The notes: generated from the letters alone by a model not told the origin. A DNA stretch of 32,000 bases from Flavobacteriales bacterium UBA4422 (GCA_002389645.1 DGQE01000039.1:21893-53892), one strand, 5' to 3'. Positions 1 through 8,664 are shown, numbered from the stretch's first letter. Numbers and translations are program-made.

Positions 1-170
1 ATGGCTGGAATGTCGCCTGTCCAATGTGGGCTGAAAGTGTTGTTTTCGAAACTTTCTGTAAAAGGGAATGACGTTATTGTAATCGTGCATTGAGCTTGAA
101 CTTCGCCTACATAAAAGGAGCTTGAAAGAATTAAAACAGCAATGATGAGCTTGGCGTATAAATTCCTCAT
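1..170 (-). CDS. 5' end of a secreted-protein gene (partial, continues past the window start)
   Basis: The reverse complement starts with ATG (168-170) and reads MRNLYAKLIIAVLILSSSFYVGEVQAQCTITITSFPFTESFENNTFSPHW. That is a signal peptide followed by a mature N-terminus, and the frame stays open to the window edge. It is absent from the ORF track because it is truncated. Confidence 0.45.
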   Translation of the reverse strand, partial: MRNLYAKLIIAVLILSSSFYVGEVQAQCTITITSFPFTESFENNTFSPHWTGDIPA

Positions 171-443
171 ATAATTAATTAGGTTGGTTTAACAATTCGA
201 TGTTAATGAAAAACTATCGAAGGTATTGCGTAGAACGTAAATGACAACCTAAGGGTTGGCTAGTAATTAAAAAATGTAGATGAATACATCATTATTTTCG
301 ATGAATGCATTGTTTTACAGGTATTCATTACCATGATTAAATAAAAATATTTAGAAAATGTTTTACGATGGATAATAGTCGCATATTTGCACCCGCATTA
401 GTCGACCAGTTTTCGCAACGAAAAGATTAAACTTAATATATAG

Positions 444-1127
444 ATGGCAACACGCATAAGACTACAACGTCACGGTAAGAAAGGAAAACCATTTTTTCAC
501 ATCGTAGTAGCAGACACAAGAGCAAAGAGAGACGGACGTTTCATCGAGAAGCTCGGAGTATACAATCCAAACACAGATCCAGCAACCATTGACCTAGATT
601 TCGACAGAACGTTAGCTTGGGTGCAAAAAGGTGCTCAGCCATCAGATACGGCTCGTGCTATTTTGAAGTATCAAGGAGTAATGATGAAGGATCACCTTAT
701 TCGAGGTATCGCAAAAGGTGCATTGACAGAGGAGCAAGTTGAAGCGAAGTTTAGCAAGTGGTTAGAAGATAAGACTGCTTTGATTGACTCAAAGAAAGGT
801 CGCTTAAATAAAGCCAAGGAAGAAGCTAGGAATGCAGCACTAGCAGCTGAAAAAGCTGTTAACGATGCTCGTTCGGCAGCTTTATCTGCAGCTGAAGAAG
901 CTGCCAATGCTGTTGAAGAGACAGTTGAAGCTGTCGCTGATTCTGCAGAAGAGGTTGTAGCAGATGCTACTGATACGGTAGCTGAAGTTGCTGAAAAAGT
1001 AGAGGAAGCAGCAGCTCCGAAAGAGGAAGAGGCTCCAAAAGAAGAAGCACCTAAAGAGGAAGAGGCGAAGGCTGAAGCTCCAAAAGAAGAGGAAGCTCCA
1101 AAAGAAGAAGAGAAGAAAGAAGATTGA
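444..1127 (+). CDS. rpsP: 30S ribosomal protein S16 with a long Ala/Glu/Lys/Pro-rich C-terminal extension
   Basis: The N-terminus MATRIRLQRHGKKGKPFFHIVVADTRAKRDGRFIEKLGVYNP is the canonical S16 fold. The ATG at 444 follows an AT-rich leader. The last ~110 aa are low complexity. Confidence 0.95.
   Translation: MATRIRLQRHGKKGKPFFHIVVADTRAKRDGRFIEKLGVYNPNTDPATIDLDFDRTLAWVQKGAQPSDTARAILKYQGVMMKDHLIRGIAKGALTEEQVEAKFSKWLEDKTALIDSKKGRLNKAKEEARNAALAAEKAVNDARSAALSAAEEAANAVEETVEAVADSAEEVVADATDTVAEVAEKVEEAAAPKEEEAPKEEAPKEEEAKAEAPKEEEAPKEEEKKED
1014..1112 (+). repeat. Imperfect in-frame tandem repeats (15-18 nt units GCTCCRAAAGARGARGAR) encoding (APKEE[E])n in the S16 tail
   Basis: Read directly from the sequence: gctccgaaagaggaagag / gctccaaaagaagaa / gcacctaaagaggaagag / (gcgaaggctgaa) / gctccaaaagaagaggaa / gctccaaaagaagaagag. 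Confidence 0.7.
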
Positions 1128-1147
1128 TTTTCTTAAACTATAAATTT

Positions 1148-1179
1148 GAAACCCTGGCTGTTGAGGTCAGGGTTTTTTT
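1148..1179 (+). terminator. Rho-independent terminator or attenuator between rpsP and rimM
   Basis: The stem GAAACCCTG (1148-1156) pairs with CAGGGTTT (1168-1175) around an 11-nt loop and is followed by a T7 run. It lies 21 nt after the rpsP stop. Confidence 0.6.
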
Positions 1180-1184
1180 GTGAT

Positions 1185-1682
1185 ATGAATTTTATAGAAA
1201 TAGGTGCTATTGTTAAACCTCACGGTTTAAAAGGTCAGCTGGTTTTATTTGTAGAGGACGTGTATGCTGGCGTGGTTCAGCATTTCACCAGCTTATACCT
1301 TGAACAGTTCTCATCCAAGGTTCCCTATAAGGTTTTAGAAATTAGCCGCCTATCCAATGGCACATTTAAAGTGGAATTGGCTGGTGTTGATTCTATTGAG
1401 CCTGCCAATGCGCTGCGGAAAGTGAAGGTTTTTCAAGAGGAATCCAAACTACCTAAAAGTCAATCTATTGATTGGGAAGGTTTCAATGTTTATGATGCTG
1501 ATGGTTCTGCCATTGGCACTGTGGAAGAGGTGATCGAGAACAACATGCAGCTTATTCTAGTAGTTGTCAATGATCAAGAGGATGAGTTTATGATTCCGCT
1601 TGCAGAAGAGTTCATTGTTGGTTTTAGCGAACAGGACAATACGCTCGAACTCAACCTTCCCGAAGGGTTGTTAGACTTATAA
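1185..1682 (+). CDS. rimM: 16S rRNA processing protein RimM
   Basis: MNFIEIGAIVKPHGLKGQLVLF is the typical RimM N-terminus, and the gene sits immediately after rpsP as in many bacteria. I prefer the ATG at 1185 over the track's TTG at 1146, which lies inside the terminator hairpin. Confidence 0.85.
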   Translation: MNFIEIGAIVKPHGLKGQLVLFVEDVYAGVVQHFTSLYLEQFSSKVPYKVLEISRLSNGTFKVELAGVDSIEPANALRKVKVFQEESKLPKSQSIDWEGFNVYDADGSAIGTVEEVIENNMQLILVVVNDQEDEFMIPLAEEFIVGFSEQDNTLELNLPEGLLDL

Positions 1683-1701
1683 TAACAAGAGAATTTCAGA
1701 A

Positions 1702-2055
1702 TTAAGACTCGCCTTCGTTTGAAGCATCTCCTAACTGATCAAAGCTGATATCAGTGAATTGATTGTTGAGCTTTGATTCTAGTTCATTGCTTTGCTCTTT
1801 GTTTAATTCAATCACTTTCTTAAAAGACTCGCCTAAGGCATCAGAGAATTTCTCAAAGTCTTCTTTGTATAAAAAGAGTTTGTGCTTTTGATAGCTTACT
1901 GAACCATCATCATTGAAGCGTTTCTTGCTTTCTGTAATGGTTAAATAATAGTCTTTGTTTTTGGTAGACCTTACATCGAAAAAGTATGTTCTTTTTCCTG
2001 CTCTAACCGCATTTGCGTAGATCTCTTCTCGTTCTTTTGCTTCATTTTCTTCCAT
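1702..2055 (-). CDS. PUR-alpha-like DNA/RNA-binding protein (DUF3276 family)
   Basis: VRAGKRTYFFDVRSTKNKDYYLTITESKKRF...HKLFLYKEDFEKF matches my memory of the Bacteroidota DUF3276/PUR family core. The size of 117 aa is typical. Confidence 0.7.
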   Translation of the reverse strand: MEENEAKEREEIYANAVRAGKRTYFFDVRSTKNKDYYLTITESKKRFNDDGSVSYQKHKLFLYKEDFEKFSDALGESFKKVIELNKEQSNELESKLNNQFTDISFDQLGDASNEGES

Positions 2056-2096
2056 TCCTCATTCAGTTTATGCGCTGCGTAAGCTACCGTCTGAGA

Positions 2097-2104
2097 CAAA
2101 TCTA
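2097..2104 (-). promoter_or_regulatory. Candidate Bacteroidota -7 promoter box (TAGATTTG on the minus strand) for the PUR-like gene
   Basis: The plus-strand caaatcta is the reverse complement of TAgaTTTG, which fits the TAnnTTTG consensus. It lies 42 nt upstream of the start at 2055 and is flanked by two ATCTAAAAAAA direct repeats. No clear -33 TTTG was found. Confidence 0.35.
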
Positions 2105-2127
2105 AAAAAATATTGATCTAAAAAAAT

Positions 2128-3924
2128 TTATTCTGGAGATTGGATTGTTTCCAGCTGCTGTTGCTCGTTCACTTCGAAATAAGCGCCTTTTTTAGAGAGT
2201 AATTCATCGTGACTTCCTTGTTCTAAAATGGCTCCATCTTCTAAAACGATGATGTTGTTGCAATGCTTGACAGAAGATACACGATGGCTAATAATAACAG
2301 TTGTTTTGCCCGCCATCAATGGTTTGAGGTTGTTCAGTATTTTCTCTTCTGTTTCAGTATCAACCGCTGAAAGACAATCATCAAAAATTAGAATTTTAGG
2401 CTCTTTGATAATCGCACGGGCTATGGATATGCGCTGTTTTTGTCCACCAGAAAGTGTGATGCCGCGTTCGCCAACTTTTGTTTCGTATCCTTTAGGAAAT
2501 CCTTCTATATTTTCTGCCACATGTGCATTCATGGCAGCCTTACTGACCGCATCAACATTCTCATCAGCGATGGACGTGCTAAAGGAAATGTTGTTACTAA
2601 TGGTATCTGAAAATAAGAATACTTCTTGTGGCACATAGCCGATTGAGCTGCGGTAGGCATCTAAGTTTATGTTCTCGATGTTTTCGCCATCAACGAGCAC
2701 TTTTCCTGAGTCGGCATCATATAAGCGGCAGATCAAGTTGGCTAGCGTAGATTTACCCGAACCCGTATGACCAAGAATAGCTAAGCTTTCTCCAGGATTT
2801 ACCGTGAATGAAATCTCATTCAATGCCTGAACACCACTTTCTGGATACTTAAATGAAACATTCTTAAACTCAAGATTACCTTTTGGTTCATATTGCTCTT
2901 GGCTGTTATTTAAGATATCAATGTCAGCCAATAAAAATTCATTGATTCTTTTTTGACTTGCAGCAGCTCTTTGCACTAATGATGTTACCCAACCTACTGA
3001 TGCAACTGGCCAAGTAAGCATATTCACATATATTACAAACTCTGCAATATTGCCTGGAGAGATTTTTCCTTGCATGGTCAATTGACCTCCTATATATATC
3101 GTAAGAATTGTGGACAATCCGATGAGAAGGATCATTGCCGGCATAAAGAGCGCATTCACTTTAACCAACCCTAAATTGGTAGACTTATAATCGTTGCAAT
3201 GCTCTGAGAATTCATGTTCTTTTTCTTCCAGTCGGTTATATGCCTTCATCACGCGAATACCACTAAAAGCTTCTTGAACAAAAGAAGATAAATCGCTGAG
3301 TTTCTCTTGAACTGCCTCGCTGCGTTTATTAATCTCACGACTCACCCAGTAAATAAGAACAGACAGAATAGGCAGGGGAGTCAAAACATAAGCTGTTAGC
3401 GTTGGGTTGACATTCCACATGGTGAAGATTACCATCACAAAAAGAACAATCAGGTTGATGGTATACATAATAGCTGGTCCAACATACATTCGCACTCTGC
3501 TAACATCTTCACTCATCCGATTCATTAAGTCACCCACCTTATTGCTTTTGTAAAATGCCATGTGCAGGCGCTGATATTTATCGAAAATCTCATTCTTCAT
3601 GTCAAACTCAATATGCCGGCTCATTACGATGATGGTTTGACGCATTAAGTACATGAAAAAGCCTTTTAAGATGGATAATGAAATCACCAAAACAGAAAAC
3701 AGAAGAATGGCCTGGGTTAAAATTTCTTTGTATGAAGTGGAAAACTCTGGAGTATTGAAAGCAGGATAAACACTAAGTGTATCTTGCACAAAATCAATAG
3801 CATATCGGATGACTTGAGCTGGGAAAATTGCGAAAAGATTGGATATCGCTACGAACACAATCCCTCCTAAAAGGTGTGTTTTATAGTGACCAAAATGCTT
3901 ATTTAAGTATGCTAATTCTTTCAT
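2128..3924 (-). CDS. ABC exporter, fused permease/ATPase (MsbA/multidrug-type)
   Basis: Walker A is GHTGSGKST, the ABC signature is LSGGQKQR and Walker B is ILIFDD. The N-terminal half has about six hydrophobic spans. Substrate cannot be inferred. Confidence 0.9.
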   Translation of the reverse strand: MKELAYLNKHFGHYKTHLLGGIVFVAISNLFAIFPAQVIRYAIDFVQDTLSVYPAFNTPEFSTSYKEILTQAILLFSVLVISLSILKGFFMYLMRQTIIVMSRHIEFDMKNEIFDKYQRLHMAFYKSNKVGDLMNRMSEDVSRVRMYVGPAIMYTINLIVLFVMVIFTMWNVNPTLTAYVLTPLPILSVLIYWVSREINKRSEAVQEKLSDLSSFVQEAFSGIRVMKAYNRLEEKEHEFSEHCNDYKSTNLGLVKVNALFMPAMILLIGLSTILTIYIGGQLTMQGKISPGNIAEFVIYVNMLTWPVASVGWVTSLVQRAAASQKRINEFLLADIDILNNSQEQYEPKGNLEFKNVSFKYPESGVQALNEISFTVNPGESLAILGHTGSGKSTLANLICRLYDADSGKVLVDGENIENINLDAYRSSIGYVPQEVFLFSDTISNNISFSTSIADENVDAVSKAAMNAHVAENIEGFPKGYETKVGERGITLSGGQKQRISIARAIIKEPKILIFDDCLSAVDTETEEKILNNLKPLMAGKTTVIISHRVSSVKHCNNIIVLEDGAILEQGSHDELLSKKGAYFEVNEQQQLETIQSPE

Positions 3925-3968
3925 TCTTATTGGTGGTCATCTGTGCTTGTAAGCTTTCTGAATAAACT

Positions 3969-3976
3969 TACATTTG
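3969..3976 (+). promoter_or_regulatory. Candidate -7 box TACATTTG for the dehydrogenase gene
   Basis: An exact TAnnTTTG match, with CTTG (3946-3949) 19 nt upstream as a possible -33 element. Confidence 0.4.
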
Positions 3977-3995
3977 CCCCCTGCTGATAAGGTCG

Positions 3996-4003
3996 CAAAT
4001 GTA
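3996..4003 (-). promoter_or_regulatory. Candidate -7 box TACATTTG (minus strand) for the ABC exporter gene
   Basis: The plus-strand caaatgta is the reverse complement of TACATTTG. It lies about 70 nt upstream of the ABC start at 3924 and forms a perfect 8-bp inverted repeat with 3969-3976. Confidence 0.35.
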
Positions 4004-4087
4004 GTCGATCACATTACAGACATTTATAACAGGTTCTTTTAAATTTAGTTGAAAGTGAATAATCAATCTTCATCTCCTCTTGTTCAA

Positions 4088-5137
4088 ATGGAGACCATGG
4101 GTCACGAGCAAGTATTATTTTGTAACGATCCATCCACAGGGTTAAAGGCAATTATAGGTATTCACAATACAGTTTTAGGTTCGGCATTAGGCGGTACTAG
4201 AATGTGGTCGTACTCTTCTGAAGCTGATGCATTAACAGATGTATTAAGATTGTCGCGCGGAATGACATACAAAGCTGCTATTTCAGGTTTGAACCTTGGT
4301 GGTGGAAAAGCAGTAATCATTGGAGATTCTAGAAAGATTAAGGACGAAGCGTTAATGAGACGTTTCGGACTTTTCGTTGAGTCTCTTGGTGGAAAATACA
4401 TTACTGCTGAAGATGTGGGAATGACCACCAAAGACATGGAATACATTCATATGGAAACCGACCACGTAGTCGGCATACCTGAGACATTAGGTGGAGGAGG
4501 AGATCCGTCTCCTGTTACTGCCTATGGCGTTTATATGGGGATGAAAGCTTCAGCTAAAAAACTATATGGAGGTGAAAACCTAGGCGGCAAGCAAATTTTG
4601 GTTCAAGGTGCGGGCAACGTAGGCGGATATTTGGTGGACCATTTGGTGAAAGAAGGCGCTAATGTGATGATCGCAGATATCTATGAAGACAACATTAAAA
4701 AGGTTGTAGACCGCAATCCTAGCGTAATGGTGGTAGATGCCGGTGATGTGTTTGCTCAAGAAATGGACATTTATGCTCCATGTGCTTTGGGTGCCACCAT
4801 AAATGATGAGTCTATTGCTAGAATGAAGTGCAAGATTATTGCTGGAGCCGCCAATAATCAGTTGGCAAATGAAGCTCAACATGGACAAATGCTATTAGAG
4901 AAAGGAATCGTTTACGCCCCAGACTTTTTGATCAACGCAGGTGGTCTAATCAATTGTTACAGTGAACTTGAAGGATACAATCGTGAAAGAGCTATGGATC
5001 AGGCAGAGCAAATATTTGACACTACAATGACCGTGTTAAACAAGTCTGAAAAAGAAGGAAAACCAACCTATCAAATTGCCAATCAAATGGCTGAAGATAG
5101 AATCAATAAAATCGCGCAAATACACAGAAGCCTTTAA
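4088..5137 (+). CDS. Leucine/valine/phenylalanine dehydrogenase (Glu/Leu/Phe/Val dehydrogenase family)
   Basis: Motifs seen are LGSALGGTRMW, the catalytic-Lys motif GLNLGGGKAVI and the Rossmann motif VQGAGNVGGYL. METMGHEQVLFC resembles LeuDH N-termini, so I prefer the ATG at 4088 to the track's TTG at 4049. The start remains uncertain. Confidence 0.85.
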   Translation: METMGHEQVLFCNDPSTGLKAIIGIHNTVLGSALGGTRMWSYSSEADALTDVLRLSRGMTYKAAISGLNLGGGKAVIIGDSRKIKDEALMRRFGLFVESLGGKYITAEDVGMTTKDMEYIHMETDHVVGIPETLGGGGDPSPVTAYGVYMGMKASAKKLYGGENLGGKQILVQGAGNVGGYLVDHLVKEGANVMIADIYEDNIKKVVDRNPSVMVVDAGDVFAQEMDIYAPCALGATINDESIARMKCKIIAGAANNQLANEAQHGQMLLEKGIVYAPDFLINAGGLINCYSELEGYNRERAMDQAEQIFDTTMTVLNKSEKEGKPTYQIANQMAEDRINKIAQIHRSL

Positions 5138-6108
5138 TGAACAAAGCAAGACCAGCATTAGTAAACAGAAGGTATCTACGCATTAAGATTTTTCAGGCCC
5201 TTTACGCTTATCATCGGACAGAGAATGCTGATCAGCAAAAGTTTGAGCGCGAGATGTTTGAAAGTATCAACAGATTGTATGATCTATACTTACACTTGAT
5301 TACTTTAGTGATGCAAGTGGGTGTTGCTGCAGATGAGATTACCGCTACCAATCGAAAGAAAAATTTACCGTCCGACGAAGACCTTAATCCGAATATGAGG
5401 TTTGTTGAGAACCGAGTGTTCAAGATTTTGCGCGAAAACGAGCAATTGAAAAAGTTGGTTGAACGGTCAAAGATTGATTGGGGGAATGAGCACGATGATG
5501 TGCGTAGGATTTTCAAGGCGTTTAAAGAAGAAGAGGCCTATCAGCTATTTATGATTCGTGAAGACAATGATCTGAGCACAGATATTGAATTAATCATCAC
5601 GCTTTTCAGAGATCACTTAGTAATGAATGATATCATTCATTCTGCTTTAGAAGAAAAGGACATTTATTGGCAAGATGATTTGCCTATGGCCGCCATTACC
5701 GTTATCAAAACGTTGCAAGTATTACCTGATTTTGATGCCTCTAACTCTACTGTTTTAGCTGACTTGTATAAGAATAAAGAAGAAGACCAGCTTTTTGCCA
5801 AGGAGCTTTTTAGAAAGAGTATTCAATTTGCTGATGATTATGGTGAAATCATTGCATCGAAAGCCGATAATTGGGAAACTGAGCGCATCGCTTTTTTAGA
5901 TTTACAGCTGATGACCATGGCACTTACCGAGTTAGAGCATTTTTCGACCATTCCAGTGAAGGTTACGCTTAATGAATACATAGAATTGGCTAAGGTGTAC
6001 AGTACTCCAAAGAGTAAGGTGTTTATTAATGGAGTTTTAGATAAACTAGTGAATGATTTTAAAGCTGAAAAGCGAATTAATAAGCGCGGAAGAGGTTTAA
6101 ACGAGTGA
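5137..6108 (+). CDS. nusB: Transcription antitermination factor NusB (long Bacteroidota form)
   Basis: The C-terminal ~130 aa carry NusB motifs (ERIAFLDLQLMTMALTE...NEYIELAKVYSTPKSKVFINGVLDKL). The start overlaps the upstream stop (TAATG). Confidence 0.85.
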   Translation: MNKARPALVNRRYLRIKIFQALYAYHRTENADQQKFEREMFESINRLYDLYLHLITLVMQVGVAADEITATNRKKNLPSDEDLNPNMRFVENRVFKILRENEQLKKLVERSKIDWGNEHDDVRRIFKAFKEEEAYQLFMIREDNDLSTDIELIITLFRDHLVMNDIIHSALEEKDIYWQDDLPMAAITVIKTLQVLPDFDASNSTVLADLYKNKEEDQLFAKELFRKSIQFADDYGEIIASKADNWETERIAFLDLQLMTMALTELEHFSTIPVKVTLNEYIELAKVYSTPKSKVFINGVLDKLVNDFKAEKRINKRGRGLNE

Positions 6109-6132
6109 TTTGTTAACTAAATACAAAAGATG

Positions 6133-6165
6133 GTCATGTATAAGTGGTACATGACTCTATTTTTG
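6133..6165 (+). terminator. Hairpin plus T-run after nusB (possible terminator)
   Basis: GTCATGTA (6133-6140) pairs perfectly with TACATGAC (6148-6155) around a 7-nt loop and is followed by TCTATTTTT. Confidence 0.45.
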
Positions 6166-6188
6166 CGAATCAAAATAAAATTCAAGAA

Positions 6189-6656
6189 ATGAAAAGAATA
6201 TTACTTAGTTCAATTGTTGTAGTAAGCATGATGTTAACCGCTTGCGGAGGTGGTGAAGAGTCCGCTAATGATTCTCAGCCTGAAATTACAACTGAAAATG
6301 TAGAGTCCACAACTTCTATAGCTTATGGAGAAGAGGTGTATGATTTCGGAACAATTACAGAAGGCGAAAAGGTTACGCATGTATTTAACTTTACCAATAC
6401 AGGTGATGCTGATTTGGTGATTGTATCAGCGAAAGGAAGCTGCGGGTGCACAGTTCCTGAATGGCCAAAAGAGCCAATTGCCCCAGGAGCAGAAGGAAAG
6501 ATCAGTGTTGTATTTAACAGTGAAGGAAAGAAAGGAATGCAGAACAAGCGTGTTTCTATAGTAGCCAACACTGAGCCTGCAACTACAGCTATCACATTAA
6601 AAGGAGAAGTGATTTCTCCTGAAACTGCTGCTGAGCCAGCTGAAGCAACAGAATAA
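6189..6656 (+). CDS. DUF1573 domain lipoprotein
   Basis: MKRILLSSIVVVSMMLTACGG is a lipoprotein signal. YDFGTI..G....HVF.F.N.G...L.I......CGCT is the DUF1573 signature. The track start at 6144 lies inside the upstream hairpin, so the ATG at 6189 is preferred. Confidence 0.8.
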   Translation: MKRILLSSIVVVSMMLTACGGGEESANDSQPEITTENVESTTSIAYGEEVYDFGTITEGEKVTHVFNFTNTGDADLVIVSAKGSCGCTVPEWPKEPIAPGAEGKISVVFNSEGKKGMQNKRVSIVANTEPATTAITLKGEVISPETAAEPAEATE

Positions 6657-6665
6657 AAAACAATT

Positions 6666-6995
6666 ATGTTACAAACAATATTTTTACAGTTCGGTGGAGG
6701 TGAAGGTGGAATCATGAGTTTCTTGCCATTGATTCTTATCGTTATTGTATTTTACTTCTTCATGATAAGACCTCAAACTAAGAAGGCGAAAGAAGCGAAG
6801 CAATTTCGTGAGTCTCTTTCTAAGGGTGATAAAGTGATTACCATTGGAGGTTTGCATGGCAAGATTACTGAAGTTAAAGAACTGTATGTGATGATTCAAA
6901 TTGCAAACGGAGTGGAAGTGAAAGTCACTAAGTCTGCTGTGAGTCCAGAACTTAGCCAAGGAAAAGGCGAAAGCGAATTGGCTCAGAAGAATTAA
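6666..6995 (+). CDS. yajC: Preprotein translocase subunit YajC
   Basis: A single TM followed by [37 protein letters not shown] is the YajC signature. Confidence 0.85.
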   Translation: MLQTIFLQFGGGEGGIMSFLPLILIVIVFYFFMIRPQTKKAKEAKQFRESLSKGDKVITIGGLHGKITEVKELYVMIQIANGVEVKVTKSAVSPELSQGKGESELAQKN

Positions 6996-7017
6996 TATCG
7001 AGTAAATCTTAAGAAAA

Positions 7018-7050
7018 GCCCTTCTCATTCATTTGAGCGGGGCTTTTTTA
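7018..7050 (+). terminator. Rho-independent terminator after yajC
   Basis: GCCCTTCTCA (7018-7027) pairs with TGAGCGGGGC (7034-7043) at 8 of 10 positions and is followed by TTTTTTA. Confidence 0.6.
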
Positions 7051-7087
7051 TTGAAGAATAGATCGATTTAATGTAGGTTTGACATCC

Positions 7088-8077
7088 ATGCCAAGAGAGT
7101 CATTTTTTAGTGTAAGAGATATATTTCAAGACAGAAGAAAGCTATTCATTTTTCTGATTTGCTTGGTGTTAGCCACATTGAGTTGGATTTTCATCTCACT
7201 TGGGAAATCTTATAGTTCTACTCTGGTAGTTCCAGTCAAATACATCAACTTCCCTGAGAATAAAACACTTTTGAATTCTGTTCCTGAGCGTTTAGCGGTG
7301 AACGTAAGCGGATCAGGTTATGATTTATTGCAGTTTGACGAGCGTTTAACAGAAGATACACTGATTGTCAATTTAGACAATTTGAAAATTAGCGTGCTAG
7401 GTGAGTACCAGCGTGGGTATTTAGATCAAGCTGCTCTAAGTAAGGACTTGCAAGATCGGTTAAATGGCTCTTTGGCCATTAATCGAGTGTTAAGTGATAG
7501 CATATTCTTTGTATTCGACTTAAAGGTTTCGCGGATCATTTCAGTCAAGCCGAAGTTGAATTTTTCTATTGCGAGGGGTTTCATTTTGCTAGACTCGATC
7601 GAAGTGATACCAAATGAGCTTGAAGTGTTTGGTGCCCTTTCTATATTGGATACACTGTCTGCCATTGAAACAGAATTGAGTGAATTAGGTGAGCTTTCTA
7701 AATCTCGAAAATTCAAAGCGAGCATTTCTAAAAAGTATATTGGTGGCGATGCGAAAACCAGCTATGATAGTGTGTTGGTGGTCATTAATGTAGATAAGAT
7801 TACCGAGAAGCGATTTATGCTCACACCCGAATTACTGAACGTGCCTGATTCGCTTGAAATGCTGACGTTTCCAAATGGTATCGAAGTTATTGCTCAAATT
7901 CCGCTGAGTATGTTTGATGAAGTAGTTGAGTCTGATTTTAAGATGGTTGTTGATTATAATAAGCTTGAAGAAGGTTATATGTTGCTGCCAGTTGAATTGG
8001 AATCGTGGAACCCAATCGCTGAAAACATTTCGATCAAACCTCAAAAGGTGGAGATTGTCCTTACTCGAATTGATTGA
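7088..8077 (+). CDS. YbbR-like domain protein (CdaR family)
   Basis: It has an N-terminal TM (LFIFLICLVLATLSWIFISL) followed by repeated beta-rich modules. Its position between yajC and coaE matches the flavobacterial synteny I recall. A TAGGTTTG box at 7074-7081 sits just upstream of the ATG at 7088, which could mean a very short leader. The start could instead be the TTG at 7079. Confidence 0.6.
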   Translation: MPRESFFSVRDIFQDRRKLFIFLICLVLATLSWIFISLGKSYSSTLVVPVKYINFPENKTLLNSVPERLAVNVSGSGYDLLQFDERLTEDTLIVNLDNLKISVLGEYQRGYLDQAALSKDLQDRLNGSLAINRVLSDSIFFVFDLKVSRIISVKPKLNFSIARGFILLDSIEVIPNELEVFGALSILDTLSAIETELSELGELSKSRKFKASISKKYIGGDAKTSYDSVLVVINVDKITEKRFMLTPELLNVPDSLEMLTFPNGIEVIAQIPLSMFDEVVESDFKMVVDYNKLEEGYMLLPVELESWNPIAENISIKPQKVEIVLTRID

Positions 8078-8664
8078 TGAAGGTAATAGGACTCACAGGC
8101 GGAATTGGTAGTGGCAAGTCTACAGTCGCGAAAGTGTTTGCGTCACTTAGTGTTCCCGTGTTTTATGCAGATCAATTTGGTAAGAAGGTACTTGACTCAG
8201 ATCCAAAAGTTAAAAGCGCGGTTATTGAGTTTTTAGGTGTAGAGTCTTATAAGGGTGATGCGGCCAATAGAAAGTTCATTGCACAGAAGGTGTTTAGCAA
8301 CGATGATCTTCTTCAATCCCTCAATGCCATTGTGCATCCTGCTGTTGGTCGAGCGTTTACTGATTGGAAGAAAAACCTTCCCTCAGATACTAGATATTGC
8401 ATTCGCGAGGCTGCTATTCTGTTTGAAAGTGATTCACATAAGGATTGCGACAAAGTGATCTGTGTTGTCTCCGATGATGAATTAAGAATTAGCAGGGTGA
8501 TGCATCGTGATAAGGTGAGCAGAGCAGAAGTGGAAGACCGAATAATTAAGCAGATGCCACAAACCGAAAAAGCTGACCGAAGTGATTTTGTTATTGATAA
8601 CTCGGGTAATCGCTCAATTATTCAGCAAGTATTGGCTATTCATGTTAGTTTGAATGCGAAATGA
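8077..8664 (+). CDS. coaE: Dephospho-CoA kinase
   Basis: MKVIGLTGGIGSGKSTVAKVF carries the P-loop, and the size is typical. The ATG at 8077 overlaps the ybbR stop (TGATG). Confidence 0.9.
   Translation: MKVIGLTGGIGSGKSTVAKVFASLSVPVFYADQFGKKVLDSDPKVKSAVIEFLGVESYKGDAANRKFIAQKVFSNDDLLQSLNAIVHPAVGRAFTDWKKNLPSDTRYCIREAAILFESDSHKDCDKVICVVSDDELRISRVMHRDKVSRAEVEDRIIKQMPQTEKADRSDFVIDNSGNRSIIQQVLAIHVSLNAK

Noticed and set aside
692-907. A 71-aa minus-strand ORF inside rpsP. Similar antisense ORFs occur at 2228-2638, 4162-4446, 4580-4888, 5232-5516, 7426-7725, 7832-8044, 13479-13688, 13847-14287, 14956-15147, 15929-16168, 16529-16741, 17362-17715, 18112-18599, 19869-20105, 20369-20590, 22035-22445, 23990-24326 and 25763-25960.
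   Set aside because: All lie wholly inside confidently identified genes on the opposite strand and have odd compositions (Ser/Ala/Leu-rich mirror sequences). None carries a motif I recognise, so they look like shadow ORFs.
1146-1184. N-terminal extensions implied by the track's alternative start codons: rimM at 1146, DUF1573 at 6144, the two-TM gene at 29125 and DUF4340 at 23706.
   Set aside because: The first three extensions start inside the terminator hairpins of the upstream gene. The DUF4340 extension at 23706 would overlap gldG by 47 nt. In each case an internal ATG gives a canonical N-terminus or signal peptide.
6323-7028. Minus-strand ORFs 6323-6715 and 6684-7028 opposite DUF1573 and yajC.
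   Set aside because: The plus-strand genes have strong signatures (the CGCT DUF1573 motif and the YajC FMIRPQ motif). The minus-strand products have no features and would run through a plus-strand terminator.
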